Shown: positions 1 through 10,753 of the stretch, piece after piece | Position numbering within the stretch: position 1 is the stretch's first letter | Layout: every line of letters begins with the position of its first letter | Source: Candidatus Latescibacterota bacterium | Lineage (GTDB): Bacteria > Latescibacterota > UBA2968 > GCA-2709665 | Assembly: GCA_963667175.2 (NCBI GenBank) | Contig: CAXXXF010000002.1 | Coordinates: forward strand, 96,001 to 160,000 | Reading direction: 5' to 3' | DNA: 64,000 bases | Made by a program: the position numbers and the translations under genes | The notes under the pieces: generated by a model | Told to the model about the DNA's origin: nothing | The model's input: the letters and a program-made list of their open reading frames with translations, nothing else | Database searches by the model: none

Positions 1-423
1 ATGCCGCGAAGCCTGGCGGAAGCGTTCGGACTCCTTATGGTCAACAGCAATTCCTGCACCGCGTCGTTCACCCAACGCGCCGCTCTGGCCGCGCTCCAGG
101 GGCCCCAGGACGACGTCCACGCGATGGTGGCTGAATTCAGACGGCGGCGGGACACCTTTGTCGCGGGACTCCGCGACGTTCCGGGCATTCGCTGCCCGTT
201 GCCCGGCGGCGCATTCTACCTGTTTCCGAATATCGCAGACCTGGGTCTCTCCTCCCAGGAATTCGCCGACTGTCTCCTGTACGAAGGAAACGTCGCGGCC
301 CTGTCCGGACGTGGATTCGGCGCCCGCGGCGAGGGCCACCTTCGCTTCTCCTATGCCACTTCGGTCGAGAGTATCCGGAGTGCGCTGGACCGCATCGCGG
401 ATTGCGTGCGAAAAATCGGTTGA
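1..423 (+). CDS. PLP-dependent aminotransferase class I/II, C-terminal part (begins upstream of the window)
   Basis: Motifs RRD..V..L, P.GAFYLFP and G.GFG..GEGHLRFSYA typical of the AspAT-like C-terminus. Confidence 0.85.
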   Translation: MPRSLAEAFGLLMVNSNSCTASFTQRAALAALQGPQDDVHAMVAEFRRRRDTFVAGLRDVPGIRCPLPGGAFYLFPNIADLGLSSQEFADCLLYEGNVAALSGRGFGARGEGHLRFSYATSVESIRSALDRIADCVRKIG

Positions 424-513
424 TAACGCGCCGTTTCAACACGGGATGGCCGATTGACGGTATTCCCGTTTGACAAAGGCAGTCCCGGTTCCGCAGGCGG
501 ATGGACCGGCGGT

Positions 514-2628
514 TTACCACATCACACGGAACGTCGTTGCGCTGCTCACCTCCTGACGGCTGTTCAGGTCCAGCACGTTCACCCGGAATTCCCTGGGCCC
601 GGGAAGCATTTCCAGGTTCAAAACCTGGTAAATCGGCTCCCACGCCTGCGATCCCTTGTGGGTATAGGAAACCGCCGTGGTCCATTCCTGCTCCGCGGCC
701 GCTGCGTCGTCCTTTACGGTTCGGATCTGGTAGGTCACCTGGTAGTTCGTGGCGCCGAAACGGTCTTTCTGCAAGTTGTAAATCTCATAATAGAAATACG
801 CCTGTGCGCCCTGCTGGTACTGTTTGAGCGGATTGGGCAGAATGAGGTACCGCTCGCGACCGTAAGGCGCGTGTTCCCGCTCGACAATCCGGCGCGCAAG
901 CAGCATATCGCTCACGCTCAGCGAATCGTACCCGAATGTCTCAACGCGAAGTACGCTCCTGAACGTACCAATGGATTTCGTCTTCCGGTCTTCCGCCTCT
1001 GCCGCGATGAAATACTTTCCCGGCGCCAACGTCAGCTTCTCGCTTGCGAACAGATATCCGTCCCGGTTGGCGCCATATTGTACCCACGGCATCATCTCCA
1101 CCCTTCCGACGTCTTTCTTCAACGTATCCCAATTCGCGTCAAACAGAAACAACCCCTGGCGCATTGCGACGGCTTGCGCACCGGCTTGCGCCTTCCCGCG
1201 CTCTACTTCCTCTCCGGGTAACGCGTAATAGATCTCCACCCTGGCCACCTCGCCATCGCCTCGAAACCGGGCCATCTGGTACGGCGCATCGTACCGCTCC
1301 CATTTGTACGGATCTTTATAGTACTCCGGCGCCTTTGTCGTCAGCGCGTCGAAATCCACCGGCTGCCTCCCGACCCAGCCCACCCTGTAACGCCAGGTAT
1401 CCCTGCTATCCGTATTGGCGAAAACCAGGCGGATCCCGCCGTAGTCCCACATTTCCAGACGGGGACGGTGTTTGTACGGCGCCAGTCCTTGCTGACTCAA
1501 CCAGTACAGATGATCCTGGTACCACACCGGCTCATCCAGACCGGTATCGATCTCGGGCGGCCGGACGCTTCTCGCCTCGGGCCGTCCGTAACGGATATAC
1601 GCCTGCCCCTTGTCCGTGGACCATCCCGCAATTCCCCGTTCCGGATCTCCGAAGCGCAGGTTTGCATAGGCCACGCGTCCACAGTGTTCCATCAGGCGTT
1701 CGTTAACCGGTGTCAGAAACAGCGGATCGCGACCGGTCCAGAACGCACGCAGCGCCTCCTCATCCGGCAGGTCCCGGCCTGCCTCCATACTGTCTTTGCC
1801 GACCAGCATGAAGACGGACATCATGAACTGCCGCTCACGGAACGACATCCGCTGCAGTCCGTTCACGTATGCCGGATACGCGCGCTTGAGTTCGTCCTGC
1901 GCCTGAAGTGCCAGGCCCAGGAACAAATGGGCGTCCGGGTCATCCGGATGGCGAGCCAGGTATTCCTGAAAAAGCGCCGCCATCTTTGCCGGCATCTGCG
2001 CCTCGTAATACACCAGACCCAGCAGAAGCAGCGAAGGCCTGTGGTTCGGATCGACCGCCAGCGCCCTGGTCAGATATCCGATCGCCTGATCCCGATCTTC
2101 CTCGCCGAATCTCTCCAGGCTGAACGAACGCACCCGCTGATATCCCCGATCGTCGTACTGATAGTCGATCCGTTCGCCCTCCAGGTACCGTGACATCTGC
2201 CAGGCCGCGTACCGGCCGGCCAGGTAGAGCGCCCCGACGTGGTTCGGATCCAGGTCGATGGCCCGCTTTGCGTTCTTGTAGGCGTGACCCCGCCGGCCGA
2301 GCCCCCAGAGCGCCTTTGCGTAGGCAATGCGAAAATCCATGTTCTTTTTGTCTTTGCGCATCGCCCGCTGCAGCCACGTGGAGGCCTGTCGCCGCGAACC
2401 CGGCGTTCTCTCGTCGTTATACAGTTCTGCCAGGTCGTGCATGGCCCAGCCGGAATCGTCATTCCTGATTGCTTTCTTGATCAACCGCACCCGCTTCTCG
2501 TACGCCATCGTCGTGTCCGATGCGGCCGAAAGGAGCGAATCCACCCTCGCGGAAACCGATCTGGCGGCATCCGCGGGCGCCGCGCAGGCCAGCAAGGCCC
2601 CCACAGTCACGTAAGCCAATGCCCGCAT
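514..2628 (-). CDS. Secreted TPR + GWxTD domain protein
   Basis: ATG at 2628 after an AGGAGG RBS; signal peptide; TPR helices; FWTGRDP..TPVNE..EH..RV.YAN..F...GWSTDKGQAYIRYGRP motif. Confidence 0.85.
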   Translation of the reverse strand: MRALAYVTVGALLACAAPADAARSVSARVDSLLSAASDTTMAYEKRVRLIKKAIRNDDSGWAMHDLAELYNDERTPGSRRQASTWLQRAMRKDKKNMDFRIAYAKALWGLGRRGHAYKNAKRAIDLDPNHVGALYLAGRYAAWQMSRYLEGERIDYQYDDRGYQRVRSFSLERFGEEDRDQAIGYLTRALAVDPNHRPSLLLLGLVYYEAQMPAKMAALFQEYLARHPDDPDAHLFLGLALQAQDELKRAYPAYVNGLQRMSFRERQFMMSVFMLVGKDSMEAGRDLPDEEALRAFWTGRDPLFLTPVNERLMEHCGRVAYANLRFGDPERGIAGWSTDKGQAYIRYGRPEARSVRPPEIDTGLDEPVWYQDHLYWLSQQGLAPYKHRPRLEMWDYGGIRLVFANTDSRDTWRYRVGWVGRQPVDFDALTTKAPEYYKDPYKWERYDAPYQMARFRGDGEVARVEIYYALPGEEVERGKAQAGAQAVAMRQGLFLFDANWDTLKKDVGRVEMMPWVQYGANRDGYLFASEKLTLAPGKYFIAAEAEDRKTKSIGTFRSVLRVETFGYDSLSVSDMLLARRIVEREHAPYGRERYLILPNPLKQYQQGAQAYFYYEIYNLQKDRFGATNYQVTYQIRTVKDDAAAAEQEWTTAVSYTHKGSQAWEPIYQVLNLEMLPGPREFRVNVLDLNSRQEVSSATTFRVMW

Positions 2629-2889
2629 TCTTCCTCCTGTCGCACGTGGCTTCCGACGTCGAGAAACCGTTGAAAACGCAACAAATGGCAGTTTGACAAT
2701 GAAATGAATCCCCGCTATCATGTATACGAACCATCCGTTGAAAAGTTCTCTGCCAATGCCGCCGGATCAGCGTCTGAAGCCGGCAACGTGCGACGGTATG
2801 GCGTCCTTACTGGGGGGACGCGTCGTCGAGCGCGGTGACGCCGGTCGGCTTCCACGTACCAATACAACGTGCGCTTCCCGGAGATTGCA

Positions 2890-3960
2890 ATGTCCAACCC
2901 GTACCGCCAGCCTCCGCCGGTCGTCAATCGCTGGATCAATGACCGCCAGCGCCTGCTTCGAAACGAATCCGAAGATTATCTTCGCAACGAAGTCCTGAAC
3001 TACGGTCCGCGGCAGGCGGCGCACTGGAATCGGGACTACACTTCGGTTGAAGCCTTTGAAGGGTCCGTCGAACCCAACCGCCGCTGCTGGCAGGAAACGA
3101 TCGGCATCTTCGAGGACGACGGCGCCCCCCTCGAACCGGTGCTGGATCCGTGGTGCGAAGACGACAGGTTCACGGCCTGGTGGCTGACCATCGGATTGTC
3201 GGGGAACCTCCGGGGCCGCGGAATACTCGCCCTTCCCAGGGGCAGGAGCAGTCCCGCCCCACTCGTAATCGCCCAGCACGGCATCGGATCGTCACCGGAG
3301 AAGGTCTTCGGACTGGGGGATCCCGACGACACGTACAAGTCCTATGGGCGACGCCTGGCCGAAGAGGGATTCGCCGTCATCGCCCCCATGAATATCTCGG
3401 GGGGCGCGCCTCGAGCCCGGCAGGAACGCCTCTGCAAGCTCCTTGGCAAAACCCTATGGGGCCTCGAAATCCTCCGTACCAGGCGCCTTCTGGACTACCT
3501 GGAAACCCGTCCTGAAATCGACGTCAAACGCACCGCCATGTATGGGATCAGCCTTGGCGGCGCGTACACCATGTTCACGACGCCGGTAGAACCCCGAATC
3601 AGGGCCGCCGTGGTATGCGCCTGGTTCAACCACAGGCGCAACAAAATGGCCGTAGACGACCCAAGGTACAGCTGTTTTCTTTCCGTCAACGAAGAGCACG
3701 TATGGATTCCAGGCTGGCTGACGGCGTTTACCGACAGCGATCTGGTTTCGCTCATCTGTCCCCGTCCGCTGCTGGTGGAACAGGGCAAAGCCGACGGCAT
3801 CGCCTGGTGGCCGATGATGCTCGAAGAGTATCATCTGGCCTGCGAACACTACGCCAGACTCGGTTTGTCCGAAAACATCGAAATCGACCTTCACGAAGGC
3901 GGGCATGAGATTCGGCTCGATAAGAGCCTTCGATTCTTGAGGAAATGGCTGAAGCCTTGA
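2890..3960 (+). CDS. Alpha/beta hydrolase (dienelactone hydrolase / acetylxylan esterase-like)
   Basis: Nucleophile motif GISLGG; VIAQHG; LICPRPLLVE.G..D; C-terminal GGHE. Confidence 0.8.
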   Translation: MSNPYRQPPPVVNRWINDRQRLLRNESEDYLRNEVLNYGPRQAAHWNRDYTSVEAFEGSVEPNRRCWQETIGIFEDDGAPLEPVLDPWCEDDRFTAWWLTIGLSGNLRGRGILALPRGRSSPAPLVIAQHGIGSSPEKVFGLGDPDDTYKSYGRRLAEEGFAVIAPMNISGGAPRARQERLCKLLGKTLWGLEILRTRRLLDYLETRPEIDVKRTAMYGISLGGAYTMFTTPVEPRIRAAVVCAWFNHRRNKMAVDDPRYSCFLSVNEEHVWIPGWLTAFTDSDLVSLICPRPLLVEQGKADGIAWWPMMLEEYHLACEHYARLGLSENIEIDLHEGGHEIRLDKSLRFLRKWLKP

Positions 3961-4046
3961 CGGTTCCCGATCGGGTTACCGGATTTCGTGCCCATCCCGA
4001 GGGTTGTGCCGGACGTTCCATAATACGAAACACGAAGGAAAAAACC

Positions 4047-5045
4047 ATGGTTAAACTCGGTGTCTTCGGCTGCGCGGGCATTGCGACCCATCAGCTGAAT
4101 TCCGTCTGGGAAGACAAGCGATTCGAAGTGGTGGCCGGCGCGGACGTCCGCCCGGCGCAGCTCGATGTATTCAGGGAGAAATTCGGCATGCGGCACGGGT
4201 ACGCCGACTACCGGGTTCTGCTTGCCGAGGCCGATATCGAAGCCGTCATGATCTGCGCCCCCACCTTCCTCCACCCGGAAATGGCCGTCGCTGCCGCGGA
4301 GGCCGGGAAACGGATCTTCTGCCAGAAGCCTATGGCGATGAGTTCGTACGACTGTTATCGCATGATCCAGGCCTGCCAGAGACACGAGGTTGGCCTCCAG
4401 ATCGGTTTCGTGCGTCGTTTCGACAGCGATTGGGGCACGGTCAAGAGGGTCGTCGAATCCGGCCGGCTCGGAAGCCCGCTTCTCTGGCGGCAGACCTCGG
4501 GGGGCTCACCGCCGGGAAGCCCGTTCTTCATGGACCGCTTTCAGGGCGGCGGGCCCATGATCGACGGCATGGTCCACAACTACGACTTCGCGGCGCATTG
4601 TTTCGGAGAACCCGTGGAAGTCAAGTCGATGCCAATGAAGATCCACCACACGTCCACCGCCTGGGACACGGGCACCGTCCTCGTCCGCTTCGAACGGGGC
4701 GACGCCATGACGTGTTCATGGACGTGGGGACTGCCGGCCGGCGTTCGCGCAGGGGGAGGTACGGACGTCATCGGTCCCAATGGCGTGCTGCGGTTTCCCG
4801 GAAACTACGACCCGGAGAAAGCCGAAGGCAAGTACGACGCGGACGTCCAGGGCGCCTACCTCCTGACGCTGGCCGACGGCGAAGAGGAAGTCATCACCTT
4901 CGAAAAGAAGAACATGTTCCGGGACGAGATGCTGCATTTCGCCGATTGGGTCCGGAATGGCGGCGAGCCCCACGTCACGGGTGAGGACGGGTTGCGCGCC
5001 ACCCGTATCGCGGAGCTTGCCCTCAACGGGGGCGGGCTGTGTTAG
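4047..5045 (+). CDS. Gfo/Idh/MocA family oxidoreductase
   Basis: Rossmann motif KLGVFGCAGIA; P..LH; CQKPMA; GFVRRF; GGGPMIDGMVH. Confidence 0.9.
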   Translation: MVKLGVFGCAGIATHQLNSVWEDKRFEVVAGADVRPAQLDVFREKFGMRHGYADYRVLLAEADIEAVMICAPTFLHPEMAVAAAEAGKRIFCQKPMAMSSYDCYRMIQACQRHEVGLQIGFVRRFDSDWGTVKRVVESGRLGSPLLWRQTSGGSPPGSPFFMDRFQGGGPMIDGMVHNYDFAAHCFGEPVEVKSMPMKIHHTSTAWDTGTVLVRFERGDAMTCSWTWGLPAGVRAGGGTDVIGPNGVLRFPGNYDPEKAEGKYDADVQGAYLLTLADGEEEVITFEKKNMFRDEMLHFADWVRNGGEPHVTGEDGLRATRIAELALNGGGLC

Positions 5046-5058
5046 CCCGCGCATCGCA

Positions 5059-7104
5059 ATGACCGCTCGAACCGTCCTTGTACTGGCCGCACTTCTATGC
5101 GCGGCGGCGCCCCTGCACGCGCAGGGCAGCGATACGCTGCCGGATGCCGACTTCAACGCCGACGGCAACGTCGATTTCCAGGACTTCATCCTGCTCGCGC
5201 AGGCCTTCGGCTCGGGACAGGCCCTTTTCGACCTGGACGGCGACGGCGTTGTCTCGTTTGGTGACTTCCTGCTCTTCGCCCGGGCATTCGGCCGGACCGG
5301 CGCGCGGGTTCCCCGGATCCGCGATATCGGCATCCCGGTACGTTCCGTCAACTGGGTCCGGCTTCATCCGGGCCGGAACGGTGAGGGCCGCCCCCGCGTG
5401 TACGTCACGATGGGGCAACAGGCCGACAACCTGTTCGTCCTTCAGGTCGACCCCGAAACCGGCGCGTTCCGCCAGTTCGTCTCCGATGTACCGCGGTCCA
5501 ACTACCCTACCGCCACGTTGATGAGCCGCTCGGGCCGCCTCTACGTCGGGTCCGCGTACGCCGGCCACCTCCTCTGCTTCGATCCCGCCCTGAACGCCCT
5601 TCTGGATCTGGGCGCCATCAACCCGGGGGCCGCCACCTTCCCGTGCCGGATGGACGAGGACGAGAACGGTCGTATCTGGATCGGCAGCTACCCGGGGGCC
5701 GACCTGACCGTTTACGACCCGAAAACCGGCGAGTTCACGCGCTACGGCCGCATGTCCGACGTCGATCTGTACAACTACCCTCTGGTTGCCCCGGACGGCA
5801 AGATCGCCTGCCTGATCCGGCAGACGCGGCCGCACGTCGTCGTGTTCGATCCGTCAACGCAGGAGCGTTTTCTCGCCGGTCCGATCACGTTCAAGGGACA
5901 GGGCACGCTGAATCTGGAGAGGAGGCGGGACGGCAACCTCTACGTCATCACGTCGGACTACGGCAATTTCCTGATCTCCGGGAACGAGGGAATCGCCGTT
6001 GCGACGCTGCCGGGCCGCATGCCGCGTCCGACGCTTCCGGACGGCAGTACGTTCGTTTTTTCCGACGCCACGGAACAAATCTATCGTACCCTCAGCATCC
6101 GCCGTTCCTTCGGCAGCGTCCGCACTTTCGAACTCGATTACGAGGCCAGCGGCACTGACATTTTCTACGTTCACACGGGCCCGGACGGCCTGATCTACGG
6201 CTCCAGCATCCTGCCGTTGCACCTCTTCAGATTCAACCCGGCATCCAGTGAACTGGTCGACCTCGGCAAATGCTCCCGTTCCGCCGGCGAAGCGTATTCC
6301 ATGGCGAATCTGGACGGCCGGCTTTATATCTCGTCCTATCCCGCCGCCCGCGTTTCCGTCTACGACCCTTCATTTCCGTATCACTACGGCACGGGCCCGG
6401 ACGACAACCCCCGCGACCTGGGCCGTTTGGACGATATCTCCTACCGGCCGCGTTCCACGCTCGCGGGTCCGATGGGCAGGGTCTGGCTCGCGTCCGTACC
6501 CGACTACGGCCGGTGGGGCGGCCCCCTTGCCTATTACGACCCCGAATCCGGCGAAAGAAAGTCCTACAAACGTATCGCGGGCGACGCAAGTTGCTATACT
6601 CTGGCCCACCTGGAACCGCAGAAACTCATCGCCGTGGGTACCACGATCAGCGGCGGCAGCGGCACCCGGCCCCGCGTCAGCGAGGCGACGCTCTTCCTCT
6701 GGGACTACGAGGCCGAAGCGAAAGCCTGGGAGGGTACGATCGAACGTGGAAGCGCGCCCGCGTCGGTCTTCAATGCGTTGCTTACGGGGCCCGACGGCCT
6801 GCTCTACGGCACGGTTCGGGGCCGCGGTCTCGATGAGCTCTTCGTGTTCGATCCCGCCACCCGCACCTTTACCCACCGGCTCCCCCTGCCCGACGGCCGT
6901 CCCCTCGACCTGGGTCTGCAAGACGGTCCGGACGGCAAGATATACGGCTTCACCAGTACGCTCATCTACAGTCTCGACCCCTCAACCCGTCAGATTGAGG
7001 AAGTTCTCCGCGTGGACGACGGGATCCGGATCGCCGGTCCGATTATGGGCAAAGAGATTTATTTCGCGACCGGCGCGGTGCTTCGGTCGGCGACCATCTT
7101 CTGA
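5059..7104 (+). CDS. Secreted beta-propeller protein with an N-terminal dockerin-like double EF-hand
   Basis: Signal peptide; DFNADGNVDFQDF...DLDGDGVVSFGDF; repeated GPDG.IYG and .YDP.TG blades. Confidence 0.75.
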   Translation: MTARTVLVLAALLCAAAPLHAQGSDTLPDADFNADGNVDFQDFILLAQAFGSGQALFDLDGDGVVSFGDFLLFARAFGRTGARVPRIRDIGIPVRSVNWVRLHPGRNGEGRPRVYVTMGQQADNLFVLQVDPETGAFRQFVSDVPRSNYPTATLMSRSGRLYVGSAYAGHLLCFDPALNALLDLGAINPGAATFPCRMDEDENGRIWIGSYPGADLTVYDPKTGEFTRYGRMSDVDLYNYPLVAPDGKIACLIRQTRPHVVVFDPSTQERFLAGPITFKGQGTLNLERRRDGNLYVITSDYGNFLISGNEGIAVATLPGRMPRPTLPDGSTFVFSDATEQIYRTLSIRRSFGSVRTFELDYEASGTDIFYVHTGPDGLIYGSSILPLHLFRFNPASSELVDLGKCSRSAGEAYSMANLDGRLYISSYPAARVSVYDPSFPYHYGTGPDDNPRDLGRLDDISYRPRSTLAGPMGRVWLASVPDYGRWGGPLAYYDPESGERKSYKRIAGDASCYTLAHLEPQKLIAVGTTISGGSGTRPRVSEATLFLWDYEAEAKAWEGTIERGSAPASVFNALLTGPDGLLYGTVRGRGLDELFVFDPATRTFTHRLPLPDGRPLDLGLQDGPDGKIYGFTSTLIYSLDPSTRQIEEVLRVDDGIRIAGPIMGKEIYFATGAVLRSATIF

Positions 7105-7129
7105 CCCGCGGCCAGGGAAGGCACACTGA

Positions 7130-8197
7130 ATGGCCAGGACAGACGACAATCGCAGGCTCCGCATCGCCTTCATTGGCGCGGGGGGCATCGCGGGCGTCCA
7201 CATGCGTTGTTTCACGGAAATGGACGACGTCGAAATGGTCGCCATGTCGGACGTTTCAGAGGCCGCCCTCGAACGACGTTCGGAAGAATTCGGGATCGCC
7301 CATTGCTTTGCGGACTATGAGTCCATGCTGGGCGACGTCAGGCCCGATGCCGTCAGCGTGTGCACGCCGAACGGCCTTCACGCGCCCGCCGCCATTGCCG
7401 CGCTCTCCGCGGGCGCCCACGTCATTGTCGAGAAACCCCTGGCCATGAACGCCCGGGAAGGGACAGCCATGCTCGACGCGGCCCGAAACCACCGCCGCAA
7501 ACTCGTCATCGGCTTCCAGCAGCGCTTCGACCCGAGAGCCCAGTTCATCAAGAAGGCTGTTGACAGCGGCCGATTGGGGAGGATCCTGTTCGCCCGCTTA
7601 CAGGCCCTGCGCAGGCGCGGCATTCCGAACTGGGGGGTTTTCGGCCGGAAAGAGCTCCAGGGAGGCGGTCCGCTCGTGGACGTCGGCGTCCACGTGCTGG
7701 AAGCCGTCCACTACCTGATGGGTTCGCCCAGACCCGTCGCGGCCAGCGGAAACGTCTTTACGTACCTCGGCGACAGAAAGCCGGAAGCGGCCTGCAGATG
7801 GCCGGACTGGGACTATGAGAACTACACCGTTGAAGACCTTGCGGTGGGCCAGATCCGTTTTGAAGACGGCGCCGTTATTCACGTCGAGTCCAGTTTTGCC
7901 GCCCACCTCCCGTCCGACGTGTGGAACTTTCAGCTGATGGGCGAAAAAGGCGGCGCTACCTGGGACCCTCTCTCGATCGCACGGGATGACAACGGATACA
8001 TGGTTAACACCGAACCGGGCTGGTTGCCCAAGTCCGATTTCGGATCCGCTATCGGGGCAAAATTACGCAATTTCGTCGACCACGTCCTCTACGACGAACC
8101 CACGCTCGCGCCGGCCGAACATGGGCTGATGGTGCAGAAGATGATGGATGCGATTTACCTGTCCGCTGAAAAAGGACGGGAAGTGGAAATCGAATAA
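7130..8197 (+). CDS. Gfo/Idh/MocA family oxidoreductase
   Basis: IAFIGAGGIA; TPN.LH; EKPLA; RRRGIPNWGVF..K.LQGGGPLVD.GVH. Confidence 0.92.
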   Translation: MARTDDNRRLRIAFIGAGGIAGVHMRCFTEMDDVEMVAMSDVSEAALERRSEEFGIAHCFADYESMLGDVRPDAVSVCTPNGLHAPAAIAALSAGAHVIVEKPLAMNAREGTAMLDAARNHRRKLVIGFQQRFDPRAQFIKKAVDSGRLGRILFARLQALRRRGIPNWGVFGRKELQGGGPLVDVGVHVLEAVHYLMGSPRPVAASGNVFTYLGDRKPEAACRWPDWDYENYTVEDLAVGQIRFEDGAVIHVESSFAAHLPSDVWNFQLMGEKGGATWDPLSIARDDNGYMVNTEPGWLPKSDFGSAIGAKLRNFVDHVLYDEPTLAPAEHGLMVQKMMDAIYLSAEKGREVEIE

Positions 8198-8230
8198 GAG
8201 CCCGGCATTCTTATCTCCCCTGGAAACGGC

Positions 8231-9679
8231 ATGAAAGCGTCGACCGAATCCGAAGCCCTCGTTGCCGAATCGCGCCATCTGTGGCAGAACTATTTCCCCG
8301 GCGCAAAACCGGAAAAACAGCCAACCACGATTATCCGCGGCGACGGGCTCTACGTTTACGATGCCGAGGGAAACGAATACCTGGACACCTTCGCTTCGCT
8401 GCTCACGACCCTTTGCGGGCACGGCCGCACCGAAGTCGTCGACGCTGTCAGGAAACAGATGGAGAAGCTGGCCTACTTCCCCGGCGGCCAGGACGTCCTG
8501 ATCGAACCTGCCGTCAGACTGGCGGCGAAACTTGCCGAAATCGCGCCGGGGCGCCTCTCCGTCTCCTTCCTTGTCAACGACGGCTCGGAGGCAAACGAGG
8601 CGGCCATCAAACTGGCGCGCAGCTATCACCGGGCCAGAGGGGAGAAGAACCGCTACAAGGTCCTGTTTCGAAGGGGCTCCTATCACGGGGCCACGCTCGG
8701 CGCGCTCTCCGTGACCGGCCTGGCCGGCGCCCGCGCGCCCTATGAACCCCTGCTGCCGGGCTTCACCCACGCCATGCCTGCGAACTGCTATCGCTGTGAA
8801 CTCGGCCTGGACCCCGATACGTGTGCGCTGGCCTGCCTGAAGAATCTCACGTCCATTCTGGAATGGGAGGGCGCCCAATCCGTCGCCGCCGTCATCATGG
8901 ACCCCATCCCGGGGTCCAACACGGGATTCCCCCTACCCCCCGACGGGTATCTGCAGGGGATGCGCGATCTCTGCGACGGGCAGGGCGTCCTGCTCATCTT
9001 CGATGAAATCCAGACCGGCTTCGGCCGCACCGGAACCATGTTCGCGTGTGAAAACTGGGACGTCACTCCGGATATCATGACCGTCGCCAAGGGTTTCTCC
9101 GGGGGTTATCTGCCCATCGGCGCCGCGATTGCGACCGAAGAGATTGCTGAGACCATTCAACAGGCGGGTACGGGATTCCACCACGTCCACACCTTCTCCG
9201 GGCATGCGGCCGCCTGCGCCGCCGCGCTCGCCCATATCGAAATCATCCAGAAGGAAAACCTCGTGGCGCGCGCCGCCGACCTGGGTGTCTATCTTCAGGA
9301 AAAACTGAACGGACTCTACCGGTATCCGATCGTGGGAAACGTGCGCGGCCTCGGCACCCTCTGGGCCGTCGAACTCGTGGGCAGCCGCGAAACAAGATCG
9401 CCTTTGAATCCTCCCGGCAAGGCCGGCGGCTTTATTGCCGAATTCTGCCGAAAAGCCGGTATGATCCTTCGCAACAACGGCGACGTCCTCGTTCTGGCGC
9501 CCGCTCTCGTGATGACCGTCGAACAGGCAGACCGGATGCTCGATCTGCTGCACGGCGCCATCGGTAAGGCGATGGGATATTGTGCACAAGACGGAGACCG
9601 CATGGAGTGGATCGGGGATTCCTCCGCGAACCGGCCGGCGGACGCCAGGCAACGCCGGCGCCCGGCTCCTTACGTGTGA
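8231..9679 (+). CDS. Class III PLP-dependent aminotransferase (omega-amino acid / taurine:pyruvate-like)
   Basis: GSEANEAAIK; SYHG.T; LIFDEIQTGFGRTG; PDIMTVAKG (catalytic Lys). Confidence 0.9.
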   Translation: MKASTESEALVAESRHLWQNYFPGAKPEKQPTTIIRGDGLYVYDAEGNEYLDTFASLLTTLCGHGRTEVVDAVRKQMEKLAYFPGGQDVLIEPAVRLAAKLAEIAPGRLSVSFLVNDGSEANEAAIKLARSYHRARGEKNRYKVLFRRGSYHGATLGALSVTGLAGARAPYEPLLPGFTHAMPANCYRCELGLDPDTCALACLKNLTSILEWEGAQSVAAVIMDPIPGSNTGFPLPPDGYLQGMRDLCDGQGVLLIFDEIQTGFGRTGTMFACENWDVTPDIMTVAKGFSGGYLPIGAAIATEEIAETIQQAGTGFHHVHTFSGHAAACAAALAHIEIIQKENLVARAADLGVYLQEKLNGLYRYPIVGNVRGLGTLWAVELVGSRETRSPLNPPGKAGGFIAEFCRKAGMILRNNGDVLVLAPALVMTVEQADRMLDLLHGAIGKAMGYCAQDGDRMEWIGDSSANRPADARQRRRPAPYV

Positions 9680-9689
9680 GAAAAATCCA

Positions 9690-10688
9690 ATGATGCCCGA
9701 AAAGGGAGAATGCCTCGACATGCTCAGGCGGATGTACCGCATCCGCTCTTTCGAAGCGCAGGTAAGAGACCACTACGACTACACCGGTTATCTTCGCGAA
9801 AATCCCGAAAGCGAAGGGGTCATCTCCGGCGCGGCCCACCTGGCCATCGGCCAGGAAGCCGCTGAAGTCGGCGTCTGCGCCGCCCTCGAACCCGATGACT
9901 TCGTGGCCAGCACGCACCGGGGTCATGGTCACGCCATCGCAAAAGGCGCGGACCTCAAGCCGATGATGGCGGAATTGATGGGGCGGAAACACGGGTACAG
10001 CGGCGGATGCGGCGGCTCCATGCACATCTTCAGTTCCGATTTCGGACTGATCGGGGGCAACGGAATCGTGGGCGCCCAGATCCCCATTGCCACCGGCGCC
10101 GCTTTCTCCGCGAAATATCGCGGCACACGACAGGTTTCCGTCGCTTTTTTCAGCGAAGGGGCCGCCAACCAGGGCGCTTTCCACGAAGCCCTGAACCTGG
10201 CCGCACTCTGGGACCTCCCCGCGATCTACGTCTGCGAAAACAACCTGTACGCCGCCACCACCCCCGCTTCCATCACGCTCTCGCCTCCGGACGTGGCAGC
10301 CAAGGCGGCCGCGTACGACATGCCCGGATTCATCGTCGATGGTCAGGACGTCCTCGCGGTGCGCAAGGTCGCTTCCCGGGCCGTCGCCAGAGCCCGCGAC
10401 GGAGATGGACCCACACTCGTCGAATGCAAGACCTACCGCTTTGTGAGCCACGCGGGCGGCGGCAAAGGCGACCACAACAATCCCGAGGAGCTCGAGACCT
10501 GGAAGCGCAAGGACCCGATCCGCATCTTCGAACGCAAGCTCTTCGAGGCCGGAACCCTGACTGAAGAAGAACAACAATCCATCGTTTCCGAAGCCGTAGC
10601 GGCCGCCGAAGAGGCCGTCGCGTACGGCAAGCGATCTCCGTATCCTGATTTCGAAGCGTTGCCCGTTACCTCAGGCGTCGCGCTATAG
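9690..10688 (+). CDS. TPP-dependent 2-oxoacid/acetoin dehydrogenase E1 alpha subunit
   Basis: HLAIGQEA; STHRGHGH..AKG; GGSMH; EGA.NQG.FHEALN...CENN; TYRF..H. Confidence 0.92.
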   Translation: MMPEKGECLDMLRRMYRIRSFEAQVRDHYDYTGYLRENPESEGVISGAAHLAIGQEAAEVGVCAALEPDDFVASTHRGHGHAIAKGADLKPMMAELMGRKHGYSGGCGGSMHIFSSDFGLIGGNGIVGAQIPIATGAAFSAKYRGTRQVSVAFFSEGAANQGAFHEALNLAALWDLPAIYVCENNLYAATTPASITLSPPDVAAKAAAYDMPGFIVDGQDVLAVRKVASRAVARARDGDGPTLVECKTYRFVSHAGGGKGDHNNPEELETWKRKDPIRIFERKLFEAGTLTEEEQQSIVSEAVAAAEEAVAYGKRSPYPDFEALPVTSGVAL

Positions 10689-10753
10689 CCTGATGGCCTG
10701 TCCCCTTCCGGATGGGCCGAGTTACCGTACTAAATGAGTCCGGAGACCGATCC

